Positions 39,601-51,600 of a stretch of DNA of 64,000 bases are shown here, in pieces. Origin of the DNA: Malacoraja senta. Taxonomy: Eukaryota. The stretch's first letter is position 1, and each line of letters opens with the position of its first letter. The stretch covers positions 25,236,001-25,300,000 of the forward strand of contig CM075988.1 of NCBI GenBank assembly GCA_038087875.1, in the 5' to 3' direction. A model generated the notes under the pieces. The model was given only the letters and a program-made list of their open reading frames with translations, made no database searches and was not told the origin of the DNA. The position numbers and the translations under genes are program-made.

Positions 39601-42600
39601 ATTTCATTTAGGTGGGAATATTCTGCAGCTAGTGTTTATTAATATTGAATTGGAGGCCTAACGGCTAAATGAAATACCTTTTGCAATCTCTTTTAAACCT
39701 CTCGCACCTCATCTTTTATGACCCAGCTAACAATTCACCATTATCAGCATGGGTCTGGATCAGTGATTTGAACAACTAACTTTCACCTGACTGTCATAAT
39801 GTCACATCTTGAACTGTACATTTTAAGATCTAATTTGCCCTTTTCCCCAGCACGACATATTGCAATCGGAATTTAAAGCTATTTTCTGCAAAAATGACAT
39901 GATATTTGATCTCATATGGCGACTAGATTTTCTCCATTTCTTGCTTACTTCCTACATTTCTTTATCGTCTCTTTCACAGACCTCCACTTAAATGGCAATT
40001 TTTGATCCTAACTCCTTATTTATTCGATTTGCTCATCATAATTAAAAAATATTGACGTTTACAGTACTTTGTTATACTTTCTTTTTCAAATAACATATCC
40101 CCAGGCAGCACAGTGGTAGATTGCTGCCTTGCAGCACCAGAGACCTGGGTTCAATCCTGACTATGGGTATTATCTGTACACAGTTCGTACTTTCTCCCCA
40201 TGACTGATATATACGGGACTTTTTTGTCATTGTTTATTCTGGGTTTTACAGAGTACTACATTTACATATGTCTGAAGAAGGGTCTCGACCCAAAAACGTC
40301 GCCCATTCCTTCTCTCCAGAGATGCTGCCTCACCTGCTGAGTTACTCCAGTATTTTGTGACTACATTTACATATATGTTGTGCTGCTGCAAGTAAGAATT
40401 ACATTGTTCCGTTTTGGGACATATGACAATGTGAAAAAAACTCTTGACTCTTGACATGAAAGCGTGGGTTTTCTCCGGGTTCTCCAGGTTCTCCGGTTTA
40501 TCACACATTCCAAAGATGAGCAGGTTTGTAGGTTTATTGGCTTCTGCAAATTGTCCCTAGAGTGTAAGATCGTACATAGTGCATGGGTGATCGCTGGTCA
40601 GCACAGACTCAGTGGGCCAAAGGGCCTGCATCCACGCTGTATCTCTAAACTAAACTTTAAAAATATCAGTTACCTTTTCCAATAATTTATGAAAAAATAA
40701 CTAGTTAAAAGGAGAGAAAACAAGTTGAATGAAAGGGTTTTACCTCGCGCCACCGAGCCCCAGCACTACTTGACACATAAACATTTAGTTTGTTTGCCAA
40801 ATTCTTGCCAATGGAACCTAAAGGAGAAATACACATGAAATAATTGTTTTAGAAATTTAGCATGAATGGTAAAAGTATTAACTAGATTTATGCTCCAATT
40901 CCTTAACTTGCTATACAAATTGTCATTATATAACACAACACATTTGTATTTATGTACTTTCAACATGGAGAAAAAAAAGCCTATTGACATGAAAACAAGA
41001 AATGTTATCTTCTAGAAGAAACTAAAAACTTCGAAGCAGTTCTTGGAGAGAGTGTATCGGTCACCTGGAGAATGGTCAGCCGGGTGAATTTGAGATTCAA
41101 CTGCAGTGTCTGAGCTCAACTGCAGTATCCGCTGTTCCTGCCACAATGACAACATATGCATGGAATCCAATAATTGTAAGAAGTGTGTGACAAAATTAAA
41201 ATCATGTAGACTACATGCAGCTCAGCAAAACAATCCATCGACAAGAACGAAAACTTGCTCTCCTGTCCAAATAACATTATATTAAACGTGTAGAAAGGAA
41301 CTGCAGATGCTGGTTTAAATCGAAGAATCAGACTGAAGAAGGGTCTCGTCCCAAAACGTCACCCATTCCCTCCCTCCAGAGATGCTGCCTGTCCCACTGA
41401 GTTACTCCAGCATTATGTGTCTATCCTGGACTTTAAATTAATGTAGGTACAGCTTAGAGCGAATATATACCATTTCTAGTTACCAGATAATGGGCGTGGA
41501 TTCATCATTCTGCCAATGAAAATCAGTGCTAAGTGTTATCTTGCTTACTTTTCTACATGAATTGGAGAACAAAAGGCTTCACCTGTAGCTATGATAAGGC
41601 CGGGTGCTGATTCTTTGGAGAGGATCTGGGCTCTGCGACGCTCATAGTAACGCTGTACCAGATGCAACGAGCAACCTTGTTCAATCTGCAAAAACAAAAA
41701 CAGTACCTTCAGGTTAAAACAACTCTCCAACACCAATGTTACATTTGCCACCATCCAATCTAATGGGATTAGTCTGGAATGGAAGGTATTTTTAAATGGT
41801 GCATCACCATCTTTGCAACCTCCTCCCATCGGACCTAGAGATCCATTCCACTGTTCGCAAAATCATTAGCAGCCAGACCCGTTCACTTTTCAGTTCCATT
41901 ACGTTTTCCAGCAGCTTTTCCTTAACACTGATTACAAAGAGGCTTGTTGTCATGAGACACTGTTATCACAACCATTTATTTTATTTGTCTACGCAAGCCA
42001 AATGCAAGATAATTGTTTTCAAATTTGTAATTTATTTACTCCCCATTGTAACTTGCCCTGTTTGTCTCTAAGACAGTTATGTTTACTTAGCTACACAATT
42101 CCAATTTACTGTGCTGATTACAATGTTTTCATATTTCTTATTAATAAATTCTCAGACTGAAATCGATGTCATTTGGTGCTTTGTAAAACTATTCTATGTT
42201 TTCAGCCTTGCGGGCAGGATAGATGTATTTGTTCTGCTCGTTACCATCCATACCTTGCAGTCTATTTGATCACCCTCGCTGTCAAAAGCTGGAGCCTCCA
42301 GTAATTCCCAGGTTCCACCCTTATCAAATGTGATCACTGATCTCATGTTCTCATCAATGAAAGACCCATTCAGCTGGGTAGCGATGTAGACTCCACGCAG
42401 TCCTTCGACGTGATGAAAATTTGCAAATGGTTCATTTGCAAAGTATCTGACATTTTTAAAAAAAGAGTACGTCAGTTCATTGAAGGCAAATGGAACGCAA
42501 TCACTGAGCTATCATCATTCATCTCAAATAAATCTTTCAACTAGGAAAACCATAAAGCAAAACAATTTCAACACATTAATCTCAGAGACATCAACCCACC

Positions 42601-45600
42601 TCCAAAAATAACAAATTAAAGATTTCTTCTCACTATTTTTCAGGGTGGGGGCAGAATATTGACATCCAGATATTAGAGAACCCCAGCCCATGAGAAAATG
42701 TTGATGATACAGTATAAATGCTCAGGTAGAGTTTTGTGTGAAGTCAAAATATTGGGGGTGGGCAAGACAGAATACAGTTATCATTTCTGTGGTCATATTG
42801 AAAACATTATTATTATTACAATGTGATTAGGGCATGGTTAAATTCAAATAATTAATTTTCTTCAAGGCAAATGGATTTCTCCTTAAGGCAAGAAACAGAA
42901 AACATATTTCAGGATTGCCTTCACATAATTGAAAGTTTGTCGTGCAACTTTTTATAATAGCAAGGTGAAACACAGCATTCACTTTTAGGACCAAATTAAA
43001 TGCTACCAGAGAAAGGAAAACAAATCCCAGATCATGAACAGATAGAAATCTTCGACATCACATACAGTAGATGATCTATTTTCAAGTTGGTGATTGTAAA
43101 CATCAAGAACACATTTATCTTAAAACTACTTGGACAACATTGGTAAGGAAAGGAAATGCTGCTAAATAACTCGCTCTCGTGCTAACCATTCCTCTGCTGC
43201 TTCACATATAGTACACAAATACATTTCCAGGAATTTTACCCATTTGTTGACAAGGGTTGCAAGAATACTGTAGATGAACCATCTCAAAGTGAACTAGCAT
43301 AACAGTGGTCCATTTGATTGAACTCAGAGACATCCGCAATTCTGAAACTATAGATACAAAGACGGTGTTCGATGTCTTGTCCAATCTTTTCCAAACTAAA
43401 TACCAGCTTGTCAAATAAAAATAATGTTTCAATATGGATCACGATCAAAAGTATTTTAAAAAGTCTACATACGAGCTATTTGGGCAACTTCCAATATTGG
43501 TAGGAAATTAGAGATATCATTTAATGTTTTTAAAAGTTTAAAATGAGAAAGGGGAGCAAAGAATTGCAGAATTCAGACACAACTAGAAGCAGTAACATGT
43601 TGATCTTATCACAGATTTAGTCGCCACTTTTATCTTGAAGTCTAGGTTTCTGAGCCAAGTAATAATGGCATCTTGAGTGGTAGCACAGTTAACAGTCACA
43701 TGCCCTGGAAAAGAATCGTGACAAGAACAATTGCATGTAATCTCCTTTCAAGCAAGCGATCGCAAAGGAAGGAGACTTCCTTTATGGAGAACACCCCTGT
43801 AACGGGCCTTAAGTAAGGAATGGGTAACCGATAAGGTCTAATGTCTGGGAATTAAAACGTCATATTGTGAACAAAGATAAAAGGGCATAATTTCAGCAAT
43901 AAAACAGCTTTATTTTAATTTAATCCAAGCTCATGTAGAGCACCTGGATATATGGAACAAGAAGATATTTTCACTGAGAGACTTTAAATAACAGAACACT
44001 TTAATTTATTTCAGGAATCACAATGTTCATTTACCTACCTCACCAAAGTTGAACTTCCTGCACCTCCTGGACTATAATACAGTATATTTTCCAGAGAAAG
44101 AGAAAACTTCAGCCCGTCTGCTTCTGAGATGTAGAGATTGGTCACGTTATTGCTTAGACGGACACAGACAAACACCTGGTCTTCTGAAGCATCAGCCACA
44201 TAGTACTCCTGAAGAATGCATGAATAAAACAAGTTAGTATAATTACACACCAAATTTAAATCACATTCATTTTTTTGTACTGAAAAGTGCATTCTCATAA
44301 TCTTTACTCAAAATGGAAACAATTCTGATAGACAGGCCGTAATACACACTAGCAGTTACTCTGCTGGGTCTGATCGGTAGAATGCCTGGCTCAGTTTCTT
44401 CAAGACATCACCAATCCCTTGCATCTACCAAACCCCAGCTGAAAAAGTGGAAAAGTGGAAATAATAAAGAAAGAGAGAAAAGTAAAACTGAATATTCAGG
44501 GGTATACGTCCTATCGAAAAGACAGACAGATGGTCAAAGGGGGTGGGGTAGCTCTGTTGGTGAGGAATGAAATTCAGTCCCTTGCGAGGGGTGGCATAGA
44601 ATCAGGAGACGTAGAGTCAGTATGGATAGAACTGAGGAATTATGAGGGTGAAAAGACCCCAATGGGAGTTATCTACAGGCCCCCAAACAGTTGCCTGGAT
44701 ATAGGGTGCAAGTTGAATCAAGAGATAAAATTGGCATGTCGCAAAGGTAATTCTACGGTGGTTATGGAAGATTTCAACATGCAGGTAGACCGTGAAAATC
44801 AGGTTGGCACTGGACCCCAAGAAAGGGAGTTTGTGGAGTGCCTCCGAGATGGATTCTTAGAGCAGCTTGTACTGGAGCCTACCAGGAAGAGGGCAATTCT
44901 GGATTTAGTGTTGCGTAATGAACCGGATTTGATAAGGGAACTCAAGGTAAAGGAGCCATTAGGAGGTAGTGACCATAATATGATAAGTTTTAATCTACAA
45001 TTTGAGAGGGAGAAGGGTAATTCGGAGGTGTCAGTATTACAGTTGAACAAAGGGGACTATGGAGCCATGAGGGAGGAGCTGGCCAAAGTTGACTGGAAAG
45101 ATACCCTAGCAGGGATGGCAGTGGAACAACAATAGCAGGTATTTCTGGGAATAATACAGAAGGTGCAGGAGCAGTTCATTCCAAATAGGAAGAAAGATTC
45201 TAAGGTAGACAAAAATGCTGGAGAAACTCAGCGGGTGCAGCAGCATCTATGGAGCGAAGGAAATATTAGAAAGATTCTAAGGGGAGTAAGAGGCAACCGT
45301 GACTGACAAGGGAAGTCAAGGACAGTTTTAAAAAGTACAACATGGCAAAGATGAGCGGGAAGCCAGAGGATTGGGAAACTTTTAAAGAACAGAAGATAAT
45401 TAAAAAGATGAGGGAGAAAAGATGAGGTACGAAGGTAAGCTAGCCAAGAATATAAAGGAGGATAGTAAAAGCTTCTTTAGGTATGTGAAGAGGGAAAAAA
45501 TAGTTAAGACAAATGTGGGTCCCTTGACGACAGAAACAGGTGAATTTATTATGGGAAACAAGGAAATGGCAGAGGAGTTTAACAGGTACTTTGGATCCGT

Positions 45601-48600
45601 CTTCACTAAGGAAGACACAAACAATCTCTCATATGTACTAGTGGCCAGAGGACCTAGGGTGACAGAGCAACTGAGGGAAATTCTCATTAGGCAGGAAATG
45701 GTTTTGGGTAGACTGATGGGAATGAAGGCTGATAAATCCCCAGGGCCTGATGGTCTACATCCCAGGGTACTTAAGGAGGTGGCTTCAGAAATCGTGGATG
45801 CATCGGTGATCATTTTCCATTGTTCTATAGATTCAGGATCAGTTCCTGTGGATTGGAGGGTAGCTAATGTTATCCCACTTTTTAAGAAAGGAAGGAGAGA
45901 GAAAGGGAATTATAGACCAGTTAGCCTGACATCGGTGATGGGGAAGATGCTGGAGTCAATTATAAAAGGTGAAATGGCAGCACATTTGGATAGCAGTAAC
46001 AGTATCGGTCCGAGTCAGCATGTATTTACGAAGGGGAAATCATGCTTGACTAATCTTCTGGAATTTTTTGAGGATGTAACTAGAAAGATGGACAAGGGAG
46101 CCTTTCAGAAAGCCTTTGATAAGGTCCCACACAGGAGATTAGTGGGCAAAATTAGAGCACATGGTATTGGGGGTAGGGTACTGACATGGATAGAAAATTG
46201 GTTGGCAGACAGGAAACAAAGAGTAGGGATTAACGGGTCCCTTTCACAATGATAGGCAGTGATTAGTGGGGTACCGCAAGGCTCGGTGCTGGGACCGCAG
46301 CTATTCACAATATATAATAATGATTTAGATGAAGGGATTAAAAGTAACATTAGCAAATTTGCAGATGACACAAAGCTAGGTGGCAGTGTGAACTGTGAGG
46401 AGGATGCTCTGAGGAATCAGGGTGACTTGCACAGGATGGGTGAGTGGGCAGATGCAGTGTAATGTGGATAAATGTGAGGTTATCCACTTTGGTGCCAAGA
46501 ACAGGAAGGCAGATTATTATCTGAATAGTGTCAAGTTAAGAAAAGGAGAAGTACAACGAGATATGGGGGTCCTTGTTCTTCAGTCACTGAAAGTAAGCAT
46601 GCAGGTACAGCAGGCAGTGAAGAAAGCTAATGGCATGTTGGTCTTCATAACATGAGGAGTTGAGTATAGGAGCAAAGAGGTCCTTCTGCAGTTGTACATG
46701 GTCCGAGTGAGACCACACCTGGAGTATTGTGTGCAGTTTTGGTCTCCAAATTTGAGGAAGGACATTCTTGCTATTGAGGGAGTGCAACGTAGGTTCACGA
46801 GGTTAATTCCCAGGATGGCGGGACTGTCATATGTTGAAAGAAAGGAGCGACTGGGCTTGTATACGCTAGAATTTAGAAGGGTGAGAGGGGATCTTATTGA
46901 AACATATAAGGTTATTAAGGGATTGGACACACTAGAGGCAGGAAACATGTTCCCAGTATTGGGAGAGTCCAGAACCAGGGGCCACAGTTTAAGAATAAGG
47001 GGTAGGCCATTTAGAACAGAGTTGAGGAAATAATTTTTCACCCAGAGAGTTGTGAATATGTGGAATTCTCTGCCTCAGAAGGCAGTGGAGGCCAATTCTC
47101 TGGATGCTTTCAAAGAGAGTTAGATAGAGCCCTTAAAGATTTTCTTTTCTTTTTTCTTTTCTTTTTTCCTATCTTTTTTTGTATGGCTTTGTAAATATTT
47201 GATTAGTGTATAAATGTAAATAATTGGTGTACATATTGGTGTACATATAGCTGCTAAATTTGTATAAGATAATTATAAGCAGTTGAATAAGGGGTGGGAA
47301 TTAATAAGCTTTGGCTTCTTCCTGCTCCTTTTCGGACACATACGATTTCATTTATTTAGATATTGTTTATGACACTTTATAAATATTCTTGTTTTGTTTT
47401 TTTGTATGCTGTTTCACACTTGCTTTTTATTCTTTTATTCTGTTCGAAATAAAGAATAAAATAAAATAAATAATTTTATGGGGAGAAGGCAAGAACGGGG
47501 TACTGATTGTGGATGATCAGCCATGATCACAGTGAATGGCGGTCGGTGCTGGCTCGAAGGGCCGAATGGCCTACTCCTGCACCTATTGTCTATTGAAACC
47601 TTACAAGCACAATCTGGCTTAGTTGGACAGCATTTAATGCACCTCTAAATATTATCATTAGCATTCTGCTGAACATTGCAGTGAATAAAAAGTTGCTTAG
47701 ATTCACAGAACACTGCTGTAATCATAATATCAGATTCATAACCTTTTTTTCAGCAGATCAGCATCTAATCATATTTTTAGCAAAGCCTTGAGGTTTTTAG
47801 GCAACTGAATTTCCCTAATCTACTAAACTTTGAGAAAGGATTCAATACAAGAATTAAAAGTTGGGCTTTTAGTGTTCTTCCTATTCATGTACTCACCACT
47901 ACTCGATGTCTTGTGAGGAAATGAACACGTTTCATTGGTTTCCGATCATAAGAAACCCACAACTGCACCACAGATGGGTCACTGCTCCCCAAAAGATGCT
48001 ATCGGAAACAAAAACAAAATGTTTTCAAACCACAGCAAGGAGAAAAACATTTTTTCCTTTTTAAAGAGAAGACTACAACTGGAAAGGTGTGCAGCGAGTA
48101 CTGGAGTCATGACGACAGTATGTGAGGACACCTCAGTGGATCACACATATTCTCAGACTATTATTCCTTGCTTGGATATGCATTAAACAGAATCTTTGAG
48201 AATATACCTGCTGTTGGGGGCCATTATTTCTAATTCCCCCTCTGTTTCCTTTCCATCCAGTTGTGTGTCAGCGCCCTGTTATGTGACAGGCCAAGAGGAA
48301 TTGTTGCTCAAGTACTGTGCTCTAATTGACAGCAACTACATGTTTTGTATAGACACAAAAAGCTGAGTTACTCCAGCTTTTTGTGTAGATTTTCAGTTTT
48401 AAACCAGCATCTGCAGTTCCTTCTTGCACATGCTTTGTATATTTGCTCCAAGTGAGAATCACACCTCTGCATTTACCAATATCGACAGTAGAACATTCTA
48501 CAAACATGCAGAATGCCACATTGGAAGTTAACCCCAAAACAAAATGAAGCCGTCGAATTCTAAAGTGAGAAAAAACAAACTACTGGATGAACTCAGCAGG

Positions 48601-51600
48601 TTATGTTGGTTGCTTTCCTAAGACAGTGGGAAGTATATGGGAGATATTTGGGAGGGTGGGTGGGGGGGGGGGGGGGGGGGGGGGTGGAGGTGAGAGGTTC
48701 AGCAACATCTGTCAAGAGGAACGGACATTTCAGGTTAAGATGCTGCATTTGGATTAAGAGTTATAATGTCATTTATGAGAGAGTAACCAAACTACTTGGC
48801 TTCGTGAATGGTCCTTACAATGGTCCCATACAATGGATAATTTTATATCACTGTATATTACTATATTTTAAAAGTAATTTATCCCAACTGAAATGCAGTT
48901 TTTTCACCATTGGGCATTGGTAGCAGATTTTCAGATCTATAAATTTCCAAGCAGCTTGATAGCTAATAAGAAAATGGACAAGGTTGCCTACGTTTGGTGG
49001 CTCGGCTTGGCAAGATTATTACCCATAAAAATTATTGTCTGGATGTCTATTTGGGGACATCAAAATTGCACACTTCCCCTTGAAGATTAAGAAACAACCA
49101 AATAATCATAAAAATCAATAATGTCAAATGGGCCAAGTCAACAATAAGGAGTCTGCAGCGTGCAAGGTAACTGCAACCCACATGATCCAAGTTCTCCCAA
49201 ATTAACTGCTAATCGACCACCAGGTGGCAGCCTAACAACACAAACTATAAGAGCGATCGAGAACAGGACTTAATGCATTTCCCAGTGAAGCCTTTTACAA
49301 TACATTCTTTATGTAGACATTAAAAATATGTAGCCTCCTTTTGCTCTGGTATTTTATTTAATTAACGTTTAATCGATAATGTTTTATTCTTAATGTGTAA
49401 TGTTTTTATGTGTCATTCTTAATTGTCACTGTATGTCATGTTGTCACTTGTGAGCGGAGCACCACAGCAAATTCCTTGTATGTGAACATACTTGGCCAAT
49501 AAACTTATTTGTTCATTCATTCGAGTATGATTTGCCTAGCTAGCACGCAAACAAAGCTTTTCACTGTATATCAGCACACGTGATAATAATAAACGAAGCC
49601 AATTCATGAAGATTGAAGTCTCCCATTATTCCCAGCCACCCTATGGTACCATCGCTCGCAGGCAGCATGACCACAATGGGACAATACATCAGTGGAACAG
49701 TACCTGGACAAAGCAGGCATTACACGAGCTTCCTGGCACTGCAGGACAGCCAAGGCCAATGGATTTTTGTTTTCAATTACAGGCCCGAGTACATACTTGT
49801 GAGAGTGATACAGTGTGGAAACAGGCCCTTCGGCCCAACTTGTCCACACCAGCCAACATGTCCCAGCTACACTAGTCCCACCTGCCTGCGCTTAGTCCAT
49901 ATCCCTCCAAACCTGTCCTATTAACTGACCTCCTTCTAAATCATTAACTTTTCATGATTCTAGTGAGTGGTTGAGCCACAAAGTCAGCTTGGTCACATTT
50001 CTGCTTCAACTGTCAATGTCTGAAATTCATTACTGTGGATCAGAATAGCTCCCCCCCCCCCCCCCCCCCCCCTCCTCCTCCTTCCTTATGGGGTTGTACA
50101 GAACATAAAGGGGGTGGAAAGAAACAAAGTAAAGGATTTGCACAAAAACAATTTCTGGTCATCCGCAAACATTTTCTTCCCATATCTTCCACTCTCCTAC
50201 TCCATGAACAGAGGAAACATCACATTAGAAAGTATAATTCTAAACATCAATCTGATTTACACAAACATGGGTTTAGATTTTATGGGGGGTTTTCAGAAAC
50301 CTTTTTAGACAAAGTTCATTTGTTTAATATTACAGGAAGAGATCATTACAGGAAGAGATCGCTTATTGGAGTGGGTTACTGTCATTTAATATCGGAGGCG
50401 CTAAAGTCAATGCACTTGCTAATTTTTGTCATATATCTCTGCGACATCTTGAAGACAGTTCCTGCCACCATGGTCGCTACTTAAATAAGTTTACAAAATG
50501 TTTCATGTAAAATTTTATCTGATTGTTTCTAAAATAAATAACTGTTAAGATGGCTCAACGAAGCAGTTATATACCATGGCATTATATATCAAGCACCACA
50601 AAACAGGAGCTCTGTGTGGCCACAACCAAAGTCCTGTGGAGCATCCTGAAAAGGTGTTACACAAGACAACTCTCCCTCTCATTGTGCAGGAAGGAACTGC
50701 ATGAGATGCTGGTTTAAACCGAAGATAGACACAAAAAGCTGGAGCAGGGGCAGCACGGTGGCGCAGCGATAGAGTTGCTGCCTTGCAGCACTGGAGACCC
50801 GGGTTCGATCCCGACTACGGGTGCTGTCTGTACGGCGTTTGTACGTTCTCCCCGTGACCTGCTTGGGTTTTCTCCGAGATCTTCGGTTTGCTCCCACACT
50901 CCAAGACTTGCAAGTTTGTAGGTTAATTAGCTTGGTAAATTGTAAAACTTGTTCCCAGTGTGTGTAGGATAGTGTTAATGTGCAGGGATCGTTGGTCGGT
51001 GCGGACTCGGTGGCTGAAGGGCCTGCTTCCGTGCTGTATCTCTAAACTAAACAGGTCAGACCCGAGTCGGAAGAAGGTTCTTGTGCCGAAACGTCACCTA
51101 TTCCTTTTCCCCAGAGATGCTGTCTGACCCGCTGAGTTACTCCAGCATTTTGTGTCTCCCTCTCATTACGATTTTCAAACTGGAGTTTTAGGGTTAATTG
51201 CATTTTAATACATTTGTTCTTGTTCCATGGATATTTGATAAGAAAAGCTATGACTAAAGCATAAAATACCTAGCTTTAACCGCTGATTAAATGAATTTAA
51301 TAGTTCTCTACACAAACAAGTACAAATGCTCCTCAGGCGTTCGTTCAACCTCCATCCAACTAATGTGACATTTCATAGTGACAACTGCAATACACATATT
51401 TACCCTTGGCAGGTCCCGAAATTATTTCACAGCATGGGAGCAGGAAAGCTATCAAAGGGATTTAGTCGACTGTTTTTAATTGAAACTTTTAATTGAACAT
51501 TCTGGAACATTTCTATAAGGATCTCCTGTAAAATTATTTGTTAATAAAAATTAAAATCAACTATGGCTGAGAATTATTCAATTATTCCTTTTTTGGGGAA

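Noticed and set aside
44455..47033. Second functional CR1 ORF2
   Set aside because: Multiple stops, frameshifts, deletions and nested inserts.
3913..47595. Antisense orientation bias of CR1 insertions
   Set aside because: The three best-preserved long copies are antisense to SORL1, but sense copies also exist (3647, 10570, 14700); too few to claim a bias.
48662..48684. Poly-G tract as a functional G-quadruplex (also poly-C at 50050 and 54434)
   Set aside because: Homopolymers in or near repeats with unreliable length; no supporting context.
50035..50484. 149-aa ORF with a polyproline start
   Set aside because: The prolines come from a poly-C tract, the start is non-ATG and there is no recognisable domain.
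50747..50820. tRNA gene
   Set aside because: A/B boxes continue into a SINE body and CR1-type tail, and homologous copies lie at 32630 and 40100.
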